A stretch of 64,000 nt of DNA. It comes from Promethearchaeati archaeon SRVP18_Atabeyarchaeia-1 (GTDB lineage: Archaea; Asgardarchaeota; Atabeyarchaeia; Atabeyarchaeales; Atabeyarchaeaceae). The notes beneath the pieces were generated by a model, which was not told the DNA's origin, made no database searches, and worked only from the letters and a program-made list of their open reading frames with translations. Within the stretch, counting starts at the first letter, position 1; every line of letters starts with the position of its first letter. The translations under genes were made by a program, and so were the position numbers. Location: contig CP147779.1 in the NCBI GenBank assembly GCA_037308085.1, positions 1,792,001 to 1,856,000 on the forward strand, in the 5' to 3' direction. Positions 10,103-19,021 of this stretch are shown here, in pieces.

Positions 10103-10723
10103 TTGTCAGAGGTGAGCAATGAGATGAGTGATAGGAGAGATTTTGATGATGAATTTGGCGACACATGGGAAGACGAGTCATTCAAGAAACTGTTCGAAGA
10201 ACAAAGAAACATGGAACACGCATTGAGGCAGTACGTCAAGAAACTGATCGAGTCCGTCAAAAGAGGAGATCTCAAAGGAAGAAGCGAAATAATACCAATA
10301 GACCGGCCAGGCGTCACAGGATTCATATTCCGCCAGGAGTTCGGAGCTACAACGGCGCCAAACGAAGAGAGCAAATCACCCGCAATAATGGAGGAGCGGG
10401 GAGAGGAAAAGCAAGGATTTGCCATTCCGCAGAGCACAGTGCAAGAGGAAAGGGAACCTGTTCTCGAGACATTCGCAGACGGAGACGAGTTCGTCGCACT
10501 AGTTGAACTCCCAGGCCTGGAAGAAGACGAAATACGTGTCGAGACGGGGAACAGCTGGATAAAGATCGGTGCCATCAACTTCAGGACAACCCAGATCGAT
10601 GTCCCTTCGGAGTTTGACACCAGCAAGACTATCAGAATGTACAAGAACGGCGTACTCGAAGTAAGGGTACCATTAGCGACGCTTGCGGAACGCCACGAAG
10701 AGATCAGATTCGGCGCCGCATAG
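10103..10723 (+). CDS. Archaeal small heat-shock protein (Hsp20/alpha-crystallin domain)
   Basis: EREPVLE...VELPGLEEDEIRV...YKNGVLEVRVP. Confidence 0.8.
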   Translation: MSEVSNEMSDRRDFDDEFGDTWEDESFKKLFEEQRNMEHALRQYVKKLIESVKRGDLKGRSEIIPIDRPGVTGFIFRQEFGATTAPNEESKSPAIMEERGEEKQGFAIPQSTVQEEREPVLETFADGDEFVALVELPGLEEDEIRVETGNSWIKIGAINFRTTQIDVPSEFDTSKTIRMYKNGVLEVRVPLATLAERHEEIRFGAA

Positions 10724-11179
10724 ACAGAATCTAGTGAAGCGCGGAAGAGACCCTGAACTACCCTGTCGCCATAGGGCCCGAATGTCCAATTCGGTCACTC
10801 TGTTTGGAGCCAAATAGCGGGCTCGGAGTCTAGCATCGATTCCCCCTGCCCTATTTCCACCTCTTCTTTCATAGATCCTCGCTTTGGGTCTGTTTCTTCT
10901 TGTTTTCTCAGTCTTGTTCACACCCTCACGATGTTCGCTGCGAGGATAGTATTTCAGTCTCCAGACCAGCAGGGCCTCATTGTCAAGGTGAAGGGTCCGA
11001 AATGATGGGGTCAAACGGCCCCGAGCTGCAAGTTTGCAGGCTTCAGCAGTGGGTAAATGGTTCTTTGCGATGTCGGTATAGGGCAATGCATAATGCAACG
11101 ACCGAAAGCCAGAAATCAGTCTCTGTCACCTAGCCTAAACCAACGACCCGATGATTTCCTCCGATTTGAGGGAGGAGTG

Positions 11180-11836
11180 ATGAAGAAAGAGACCAAGGAC
11201 TGGACAAAAGACGAGTTGATGAATGAATACGTGGGGAAATACACGCCACTGACTATCCCAGTTGACATTTCCATCGAAGGGCAGCAGACAATCCTGAACC
11301 TCACCCGCGCAGAGAAGATACTAGATGACGCGAAGGTCATCGCGGTCGAGGACTGCGGCTGCAGAACGAGGATGCGCAAATGCGACGCACCACTGGAAGT
11401 CTGTCTGAGCTTGGACGACGGCGCCAAGGAGGCAATAGAAAGTGGCGCCCGTAAGATATCAAAGTCTCAGGCGCTTGCCGTCATGAGGCGCTCGCACGAA
11501 GCTGGCCTCGTTCACCTGACCTACACAATCAAGGGACAGGAGAAGCCGTTTATCATCTGCAGCTGCTGCTCATGCTGCTGCCACTCTCTCAGCGCACTCG
11601 TTAGATTCGGAATTCCCGACCACGTTGTAGCCTCGGAGTACATAGCTTCAGACAATGAGGAAACCTGCGACAAATGCGGCACATGCGTCCGACGCTGCCA
11701 GTTCCACGCACGGCAACTCGTGAACGGCAAGGTGGAGTTCGATCAATCAAGGTGCTATGGATGCGGGGTATGTGTCACCACTTGCCCAACGAAATCAATC
11801 AAGCTAATCACAAGAAAGATACTCCCTACCTGGTAG
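11180..11836 (+). CDS. 4Fe-4S ferredoxin-domain protein
   Basis: CGCR..C..C, ICSCCSCCC, and two CxxCxxCxxxC motifs; GGAGG RBS before ATG 11180. Confidence 0.88.
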   Translation: MKKETKDWTKDELMNEYVGKYTPLTIPVDISIEGQQTILNLTRAEKILDDAKVIAVEDCGCRTRMRKCDAPLEVCLSLDDGAKEAIESGARKISKSQALAVMRRSHEAGLVHLTYTIKGQEKPFIICSCCSCCCHSLSALVRFGIPDHVVASEYIASDNEETCDKCGTCVRRCQFHARQLVNGKVEFDQSRCYGCGVCVTTCPTKSIKLITRKILPTW

Positions 11837-12004
11837 AGTCGGGAGTTGGGCGCGCTTTCTCCACAACTTTGTCTAACAGCGCCTCCAACGACTGCCGGCA
11901 GCGTTAAGCCCAAATGGGCAGATTTATTATGGCACTGTCGTTAATAGTAGTGGCGAGGCTGAGAGCTGAGGCTACTATAGGAAAGAGAAGGAGGGCTATG
12001 CGGT

Positions 12005-13666
12005 TTGAGCAATATTCTAGAGGGAGAAGGAACGGCAAGCAAAGCTGGCACCGAAGAGAAGACGGCGTCTGAAATAATCGTTGATGAATTGCTGGAAGCC
12101 GGTGTGAAGCACGTCTTCGGGATTCCTGGTCATACCTGCTTGGGTATTGTTGAGGCGCTGCGGAAGCAAAAAGATATCGACTTCATCACCGTTCGCCATG
12201 AAGAAACTGCAGCTTTGATGGCGTCCGCTTATGCAAAGCTTACAGATAGACTCGGCGTGGTTCTTACAATTGCTGGTCCAGGAGCCACGAACCTTATGAC
12301 TGGGTTGTACGATGCAAAAATGGATCATGCCCCAGTTTTGGCGCTTACGGGCCAGGTGGACCTACAATTCATTGGCCGTGACGCACTGCAGGAAATCGAT
12401 CAAAACGCGCTCTTTGAACCTGTCTCCCTATTCAACAAGGTGATAACCACCGGAGATGAGACTGCAGAGATCACTCTGCTAGCCATCAAGAACGCGCTCG
12501 TCCGTCGAGGCGTTTCGCATCTCGGAGTTCCAGTCAACATTCAGAGGCAAAAGACGGCTCAACAAGTGAAGCCCCTAAAGGGTCGAGTCCCGCAGCCCAG
12601 AATACGCCCATCGGAGGAACTCTGCAAAAAGGCAGCAGACATGATCAATTCTGCCGATCGCCCAATGATCATTCTTGGTTGGGGTGCGCGGTTTGCCGCA
12701 GACCGTTGCCTTGAACTAGCTGAGAAGATTGGCGCCCCAGTAGCCACGACTTTCAAGGCAAAAGGCATAGTCTCTGAATTCCACCCACAATCCGTTGGGG
12801 TTCATGGCAGTGTCGGCCCAGACCCCTCTAAGGAACTGGCCCATGGTTCTGACCTTCTGATAGTTCTTGGTAGCTCTTTTTCTGCGCAGACAGCAATCCC
12901 ATCGGACAAGCCGGTAATTCAAGTCGATTATGATTCCTTGGCCCTCGGGAAGCGGTTCCCCGTGGAATTGTCGCTTTGGGGCAGCGTCGAAGATACTGTG
13001 CCCATATTGACAAGCTTAGCCAAGGAACGGGACAACAAGTCAATACTGCGCAATATCGAGATGCTGATGCAGAAATGGAGACAGAAGATTGAACCCGTAT
13101 TGTCCTCAGATGAGGTTCCAATACATCCTGCCAGGGTTCTGCGGGCACTCCAGAAAGTGATACCGGAGGAGGCGATGATTTCAATTGATGCGGGTGACAA
13201 CTCTTGGTGGTTTGGAAAGTACTTCAGAGTAAGTAAGCAGAGATTCATGCTCTCTGGATACTTAGCGACCATGGCGTTTGGCTTCGCCGCCGCTTTGGGT
13301 GCAGGCTTTGCCTACCCTAGTGTCAAGTCAATAGCTCTAACGGGGGATGGTGCGTTCTCCATGGTGATGGCTGATTTTACGACAGCCGTCAAGTATCATC
13401 TGCCAGTTGTGGCAATCGTCTATGACAACAACGAACTATCCATGATAACTCATGAACAAAGGATGGAAGGATTCCCGAAGTACGCCACCGAACTTGTCAA
13501 CCCGAATTTCGCAGATTTCGCCGAATCCTGTGGTGGAGACGGTTACGATGTAAGGCAACCGGAAGAGCTGGAACCTGCGCTGGAGAAAGCGATGGATTCA
13601 CGAAAACCGTGCATCGTCGATGTTCACACCAATCCTACAAAGTACTGGATGACCGAGCACTCCTAG
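12005..13666 (+). CDS. ThDP-dependent enzyme, pyruvate oxidase/acetolactate synthase family
   Basis: VFGIPG, VRHEETA, GPGATNL, GDGAF...DNN ThDP motif. Confidence 0.9.
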   Translation: MSNILEGEGTASKAGTEEKTASEIIVDELLEAGVKHVFGIPGHTCLGIVEALRKQKDIDFITVRHEETAALMASAYAKLTDRLGVVLTIAGPGATNLMTGLYDAKMDHAPVLALTGQVDLQFIGRDALQEIDQNALFEPVSLFNKVITTGDETAEITLLAIKNALVRRGVSHLGVPVNIQRQKTAQQVKPLKGRVPQPRIRPSEELCKKAADMINSADRPMIILGWGARFAADRCLELAEKIGAPVATTFKAKGIVSEFHPQSVGVHGSVGPDPSKELAHGSDLLIVLGSSFSAQTAIPSDKPVIQVDYDSLALGKRFPVELSLWGSVEDTVPILTSLAKERDNKSILRNIEMLMQKWRQKIEPVLSSDEVPIHPARVLRALQKVIPEEAMISIDAGDNSWWFGKYFRVSKQRFMLSGYLATMAFGFAAALGAGFAYPSVKSIALTGDGAFSMVMADFTTAVKYHLPVVAIVYDNNELSMITHEQRMEGFPKYATELVNPNFADFAESCGGDGYDVRQPEELEPALEKAMDSRKPCIVDVHTNPTKYWMTEHS

Positions 13667-13751
13667 CAGATCAGGATGGGTTAGCCAGAGAAGCTCTCAT
13701 GAATCCAAGTCCTTCTTCAGCTGTGCCAAGAAGCTTCTGGAGCGTCTCGCT

Positions 13752-14681
13752 CTATCTCTCAAAGATCTTATACATTGGATGTTTCCCTGGCTCAGGCTTA
13801 ACGTTGTAGGTTCTCTTCGCATAGTAGGCTGTCATAGCGTCTGCCATTGCTATGGCGGGAAACACCGCGTATGCCTCTTCTATTGGTCCGTAGAGGACAT
13901 AGCTTCCTCCCATCAGTGAGGTATAGAGTGCAGCGCCTGAGATCGTCGTTACGTACGCGTGTGGACCCATTAGCCCTTTCTTCACCTTCTTCCATGCAGT
14001 GATCGCATTTGACGGTCCGCAACCAGCGGGTAGACCGAACTCCTCTCTTACAAGTTGGATAGCGCGTGCAGCATACGCGATGCTTGGAACATCAAGCACG
14101 GCGGTGTCCACGATTACGTTCTGGATACCCGCCTCTTTGGCAAAATCAAGCAATCCTGTTTTGCCGCCTTCGCCTTTGAGCACTTTTATTCTGCCCTCGG
14201 GGGTCATGTCTCTAGAGTTGAAGGCGAGAATGATGCTAGATTCCACATCAAGATCTCTGAGCGCATCAATTTCGCTCTGCCTCGGGGTCTCCATGATGGA
14301 GTTGTAGATCGCTCTTCTCATCAAGCCAACTTCGGATACATGGCGCATAGCCTCGATTCTGACTTCCGGCGCCGTGCTGTCGACAAGGAAGGGCTCTTCA
14401 GCTGCTTCAGCTGCGAAATCGATGTACTTTATGAGCGCCTCAGACGTGTTACCGACGACATCCAACACGGCTGGGTTTCCGGTCTTGTCCGACATCTCTT
14501 CCTGTGCCTTGATTAGCTCCTCCGCCTTGCTCTTGTCGAATGTGCCCTTCATGGGATCGGAGACAATCTTGTGCTTATCGTAGAAGATGGTTCCAATGAG
14601 CACGGTTGGATATTGACCGATCTGACCGCCGAACTTGACTCCCGCAACGTCGATGACAATTTGCTCCTTGTTGAACTTCAT
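13752..14681 (-). CDS. mtrH: Tetrahydromethanopterin S-methyltransferase subunit H-like (stand-alone MtrH/MtgA family)
   Basis: GGQIGQYPTVLIGTIFY, PFLVDST, RAIYNSI, PAGCGPSNA, LYGPIE; true start probably MKFNKEQ at 14681. Confidence 0.85.
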   Translation of the reverse strand: MKFNKEQIVIDVAGVKFGGQIGQYPTVLIGTIFYDKHKIVSDPMKGTFDKSKAEELIKAQEEMSDKTGNPAVLDVVGNTSEALIKYIDFAAEAAEEPFLVDSTAPEVRIEAMRHVSEVGLMRRAIYNSIMETPRQSEIDALRDLDVESSIILAFNSRDMTPEGRIKVLKGEGGKTGLLDFAKEAGIQNVIVDTAVLDVPSIAYAARAIQLVREEFGLPAGCGPSNAITAWKKVKKGLMGPHAYVTTISGAALYTSLMGGSYVLYGPIEEAYAVFPAIAMADAMTAYYAKRTYNVKPEPGKHPMYKIFER

Positions 14682-15019
14682 CAAGATGCTAACGCCTCTG
14701 CAGCGCAGGTGAACTCGAATGCGCATAATCGTATGGCTCAGAAGGGTGGCTTGCTCACCGATTCTGTATCCTTGATCGCTTATATTGCTTTGTTGGGATC
14801 GAGTGCAGAGAGTCATGGCTAGATGATCCCGCAAGCAGGTGCGCTTGGCAACGTGAAGGGCTTGAAAGACCGCACCAAACAGCCGAGAATCGCAAGACCA
14901 CGGGCTTTGGCAGAGGGTAGATGGCATCCTAAGCTTCGACTGATGACTGGCGTCGGCCAGCTACGCCTTCCACCTTAGGACCATACCGGCCTTGAGCTTG
15001 ATATGATCATGCTTGCCAA

Positions 15020-16039
15020 TCAGAATGTTGAGAAACCAATTCGCATCTGGTCCATAATTGCCCCCTTTTGCTCCTGAAGTATTCTATCAACATTCTCGCG
15101 AGTAACTGCTTTCGTTGTGCCGACGTCCGTCACACAGGCAGCCCCAGCGGCCTGCCCTTCAAGCAGGAGGTCCAGCAACTCCTTTCTGGTCAGAGCGGCT
15201 ACGTCGATCTTTCCCAGTTTGTCCGCTTTCCTAGTCAGGTAGAAAACTACCCCTGCAGAGAATGCGGCTCCAGCACCCATCGGATCAACGACAGGAACCT
15301 TGAAAGCCGGCATGGCGACCCTATCATAGGCGTGCTTGGCGACCAACCCCTCATTGCCCAAGGTGATTATCGGGAGTTTTACCCCTCGATTGGCGATGGC
15401 GTTGAGTGCTTCAGTTGACTTGTGCTTACCTGTCATGCTTTCCGCTTCTGTACCGTTACAGTGCAGCACATCAATCCATTCAGAGGCTCGTGCAAGGAAC
15501 TCCCACCCATGTCCCTGCGGCTGGATTGGGTCAACGACGGTCACACAGTCGAGTTCCTCCTTGACCTCCCTTAGGATCCGAGGAAGCTGCTCGTCAAACA
15601 GTCCGAGGGATCCAGTTGCACCAATGTAGAATACGCAGGGTCTCTCCCTTCTCAGCAAATCTCTCACTTTGAGTGGCTCAAGGAGCGTGTTTGCCCCAAT
15701 ATCGAAATGAAATTTGCGGGCTTCACCTTCGGCGGATATTGTCGTGGCTGACCCAGTCGGAGTCTTCTCGACCTTCTCCACGTGTGTGACCACGCCATTC
15801 TTCTCCAATTCCTTGATGATGAAATCGCCGAGATCGTCCTGTCCCACTGCACCCGAGCAGCTGACTTCACCTTTTGCCAGACCCAACTTCAGCAGGTCAA
15901 TTGAGACGTTGGCCGCATGCCCGCCAGCAGAAAACCTTTCTCCAGACAGCGCGGATGTTGCCTCCCCTGGGGCAGCGGCTTCGAGCTGACCGCTAGCAGT
16001 AATGTCGACAACCAGCATACCCGTACAGGTAACGAGCAA
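15020..16039 (-). CDS. PfkB family carbohydrate kinase-like protein (catalytic Asp replaced by Ala)
   Basis: GGHAANV, GAVGQDDLG, NGTEA, ITLGNEG, DPMGAGAAF (canonical GAGD). Confidence 0.8.
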   Translation of the reverse strand: MLVTCTGMLVVDITASGQLEAAAPGEATSALSGERFSAGGHAANVSIDLLKLGLAKGEVSCSGAVGQDDLGDFIIKELEKNGVVTHVEKVEKTPTGSATTISAEGEARKFHFDIGANTLLEPLKVRDLLRRERPCVFYIGATGSLGLFDEQLPRILREVKEELDCVTVVDPIQPQGHGWEFLARASEWIDVLHCNGTEAESMTGKHKSTEALNAIANRGVKLPIITLGNEGLVAKHAYDRVAMPAFKVPVVDPMGAGAAFSAGVVFYLTRKADKLGKIDVAALTRKELLDLLLEGQAAGAACVTDVGTTKAVTRENVDRILQEQKGAIMDQMRIGFSTF

Positions 16040-16094
16040 AATGGATAGTACTCCTCTGCAGCTCGTGCTTCTGAAATGAGATATGGTCTCATGA

Positions 16095-16260
16095 TATTTG
16101 AAAGGATGGTACGGGGTTCTGTTAACTCTTGGGGTGATGAGTTAACTGGGTAGCATCGACTCCGAGGATTACCTGTTCCTTCCGCTCCTCAGGGTTCCCC
16201 TTCACCGCTTCACCTGCCGCTCCCTTCAGGCTGAACCGCAGCCCTGCGCCGACGATATTC
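16095..16260 (-). ncRNA. Putative omegaRNA overlapping the tnpB 3' end, with the guide from flanking DNA
   Basis: GC-rich tail after RuvC-III; terminal hairpin GTTAACTC-N10-GAGTTAAC; position matches known TnpB omegaRNA loci; boundaries approximate. Confidence 0.5.
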
Positions 16261-17377
16261 AGAGCCCCATTCTCATCCCTGTCCACGAGCCTCCTGCAGC
16301 GTGGGCAGTAGACCTTCCTCCCTGCGCATTCGACTATCTTGGAGCCACATATCGCGCAGATTGAGGAAGTCTTGGATGGATTAACGTAAAATACTGGGAT
16401 ACCATCCCAGCGTGCCTTGTACTCTATTTGCCGCTGCAGCTCGGCGTAGCTCCAGCTGTTCATCCTTGCCCTGTAGTCCTTGCCCTGCCAGTTTCCCTTC
16501 CTGTAGAGTTTGCGGATGCCTCTGATGTCCTCCATGACTATGCCGAACTGCCTTTCCTTCGCCTCCTTCACTATGCTTGCTGAAGTGTTGTGCAGTATCC
16601 AGTTTACCTTGCTCCTCTGGATTCTTCCGTATTTGGAGTAGAGCTGCTTCCTGACGCGGCAATCGCTTCTTCTGAGGCCTCGCTTCGCCTGCCTACAGTT
16701 CTCCTTGATCTCGGTCGCCCTCGACAGGTCATACCTCCTCATATCTCCAGCCGAGGATGCAGTGGTTACATTGTCGAGGTTGCGGTCTACCCCGACTAGC
16801 CCCACAGGCTCAACCTGAGCAACCTCCTTCGTGAAGGCCAGTGACACGGCGGAGGCGGTCAAGCAGACTGAACGCACAGCACACCCCTCAACAGACTGCA
16901 GCGAGTAGGCGTTCAGCGGGAGGTAAACGTACTCTCTTGCCCTGATGGGCAGCCTGAGCTTGCCCTTGATTATCCTGAAGCCGTAGCAGTCGGTGAGCAT
17001 GAGCCTTGTTGCGCAGGGCTTCTTCACCCCCTCCCGCTTCCTCAGCGCCTGCCTGTAGTTTCGGAGGATGCCCGCGGCCTTGCTGATCGCGGTTAAGCGG
17101 TAGTAGGCTGGCACATCAAATCCTGCGAGTTGATGGTATGCCTTCTTTGAGAGCGCCTTCATCGAGGTGACATTCTCAGCTACACCAATCCTTAAGCAAT
17201 CGTTCACCATCTTTCTGAACGCATCCAAAAGGTTGAGTAGCTCTGGAGACGGCGTATAGTTCTGCTTCACCGCTTTGACCGCTTGCATACCCGAAAATGG
17301 GGTACTTCGGCTAATAAAGCCACCATACGGCCGAGAAGCCTCCAACTCCAACTTTCACCCGAAGAGTTAACAGAGCT
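16115..17377 (-). mobile_element. Non-autonomous TnpB-only element with IS6-like terminal inverted repeats and an 8-bp target-site duplication
   Basis: Left end GGTTCTGTTAACTCTTGGGGTGA (16115-16137) vs reverse complement of 17355-17377 AGCTCTGTTAACTCTTCGGGTGA; flanks TGGTACGG (16107-16114) and TGGTTCGG (17378-17385). Confidence 0.75.
16122..17288 (-). CDS. tnpB: RNA-guided endonuclease TnpB
   Basis: RuvC-I GVDRN, RuvC-II VMEDI, zinc finger CAICG/CPRC, RuvC-III DRDENGALNI; start probably MQAVKAVKQ at 17288. Confidence 0.92.
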   Translation of the reverse strand: MQAVKAVKQNYTPSPELLNLLDAFRKMVNDCLRIGVAENVTSMKALSKKAYHQLAGFDVPAYYRLTAISKAAGILRNYRQALRKREGVKKPCATRLMLTDCYGFRIIKGKLRLPIRAREYVYLPLNAYSLQSVEGCAVRSVCLTASAVSLAFTKEVAQVEPVGLVGVDRNLDNVTTASSAGDMRRYDLSRATEIKENCRQAKRGLRRSDCRVRKQLYSKYGRIQRSKVNWILHNTSASIVKEAKERQFGIVMEDIRGIRKLYRKGNWQGKDYRARMNSWSYAELQRQIEYKARWDGIPVFYVNPSKTSSICAICGSKIVECAGRKVYCPRCRRLVDRDENGALNIVGAGLRFSLKGAAGEAVKGNPEERKEQVILGVDATQLTHHPKS

Positions 17378-17478
17378 TGGTTCGGCAAGATTTAAATACG
17401 AGGACTCGTAATTTACACGCGAGAATACGACTACTCGTAATATTCCAGGACGTGGATCTTCCCAAAACTTGGAAAGAG

Positions 17479-18258
17479 ATGGTGAAGTTGGCCGAAGGGC
17501 AGGTTACTGATGTGGTTGAGGAATACCTAGAGACAATCTACAGGCTCCAAATGAGGGAAGGTGACGGGGCTAAGACAAATGACATCGTCAGAACAATGAA
17601 GGTCGTTCCAGGAACCGTCACAAATACGGTGGAGCGACTGGAGAAAGAAGGCTTTGTAGAACACGAGCCCTATAAAGGCGTTAAGCTGACAGAGAAAGGA
17701 CGCAAGATCGCGCTGCAAGTCGTCAGAAGGCATCGCCTATCCGAGAGACTGCTCACAGACATTCTCCACGTTAACTGGGGGAAGGCTCACGATATAGCAT
17801 GCAAGATTGAACATGACATCGCTGACGAGGAGGTCATGGAAAGGATTGAGGAGGCATTGGGTAATCCTAAGACGTGCCCTCATGGAAATCCTATCCCCTC
17901 TGAAGACGGAGAGTCCACAGATGACGAATCCAGTGTGAAACGGTCTAGGTCTCTCTGGGATCTTCAAGTCTCAGACTTGGGCGTCATAACGAACATCGCT
18001 GACGAAGATAGCGAGGTTCTGAGGTACCTTTCTGATTTCGGGCTGATGCCTGGCATGAACGTGGAAGTGATCAAGAAAGATCCCGCGGAACACACTATGA
18101 TTGTGCGGCTGGCTGGCTCCGCCATGCACACGATTACCGAAAAGGTGGCTTCATCCATCCGCGTCAGAGGGGCAGAGCGACTCAATAGAGCCGATATTCT
18201 GAACCGCCGCACTCACTCTGTCGGCAAAGGATCGACGTTTGGTGAATACGAAAGCTGA
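17479..18258 (+). CDS. DtxR/MntR family metal-dependent regulator with C-terminal FeoA-like domain
   Basis: EEYLETIY, HEPYKGVKLTEKG, RRHRLSERLL, ACKIEH, CPHGNPIP; TATA-like TTTAAATA near 17391. Confidence 0.92.
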   Translation: MVKLAEGQVTDVVEEYLETIYRLQMREGDGAKTNDIVRTMKVVPGTVTNTVERLEKEGFVEHEPYKGVKLTEKGRKIALQVVRRHRLSERLLTDILHVNWGKAHDIACKIEHDIADEEVMERIEEALGNPKTCPHGNPIPSEDGESTDDESSVKRSRSLWDLQVSDLGVITNIADEDSEVLRYLSDFGLMPGMNVEVIKKDPAEHTMIVRLAGSAMHTITEKVASSIRVRGAERLNRADILNRRTHSVGKGSTFGEYES

Positions 18259-18282
18259 GAAATGCTGGGCAGTTGAGCCATA

Positions 18283-18732
18283 ATGCAGAGAACAGAGAGA
18301 TACCTGACCGAGCTAATGGAAGGAGAGGCAGGGATCGTAGTGGATGTCGAAACAGAGAACTGCCCTGAAAGAGGCAAAAAAGGAGCGCGCAGTGGCGTGA
18401 GCTGCGTGGCCGGCTGTGCCTCGAGGTGGGGTGCAGTTCAAAGGCTCTCGGAATTAGGCTTGACTCTTGGAACGGAGGTCACCATGACGAGTTCTGCTCC
18501 CCTCAATGGATCTCTTGAGGTATCCGCCAGAGGACGTAAGATAGTACTCGGAAATGAGTTGGCCTCACGGATCGTAGTCACGGAAACCAATCGTGATGAG
18601 CGCCCGAGTCGGAAAAACTCGAATGAAATAGCTAGCAAGAAAGGCGTTCAAAGGCGAAACCAAAATAGGTTGCCTCACACGAGAGCCGTGCAAAAAGAAA
18701 TAGAAGAGTACAGAGGGATACGTCTTGACTAA
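18283..18732 (+). CDS. feoA: Ferrous iron transport protein A
   Basis: RLSELGLTLGTEV...APLNG.LEV..RG.KIVLG...A..I.V. Confidence 0.75.
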   Translation: MQRTERYLTELMEGEAGIVVDVETENCPERGKKGARSGVSCVAGCASRWGAVQRLSELGLTLGTEVTMTSSAPLNGSLEVSARGRKIVLGNELASRIVVTETNRDERPSRKNSNEIASKKGVQRRNQNRLPHTRAVQKEIEEYRGIRLD

Positions 18733-19021
18733 GACTGTACTAAACTTGACAGAACTAACAGACGGACAAGGAGGCATTGTTGTCGGCGTGGATGGCTCAG
18801 CTGGCAAGAGAAGGGATCAAGATGGTACCCTGAAGGCCTGCTCCGAAGAGAAATGCGGGTTTGTGAGACGGCTCATGGATCTCGGTTTGACCCCCGGAGC
18901 CAAGGTCATGGTTGTGAAGTCAGCTCCCTTTAACGGACCCTTGGAGATTCTGGTCAGAGGATCCAGAATAGCGCTGGGCAGATGCGTGGCTTCAAGGATC
19001 AAGGTGGAGGTGACGGGATGA
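18725..19021 (+). CDS. feoA: Ferrous iron transport protein A
   Basis: RRLMDLGLTPGAKV.VVKSAPFNGPLEILVRGSRIALGR. Confidence 0.9.
   Translation: MTKTVLNLTELTDGQGGIVVGVDGSAGKRRDQDGTLKACSEEKCGFVRRLMDLGLTPGAKVMVVKSAPFNGPLEILVRGSRIALGRCVASRIKVEVTG

Noticed and set aside
14682-14927. 81-aa N-terminal extension of MtrH in the ORF track
   Set aside because: Family similarity starts at MKFNKEQ; the extension looks like open intergenic frame
17377-17478. N-terminal extension of the DtxR regulator
   Set aside because: It starts inside the mobile-element end/TSD and spans the likely TATA box
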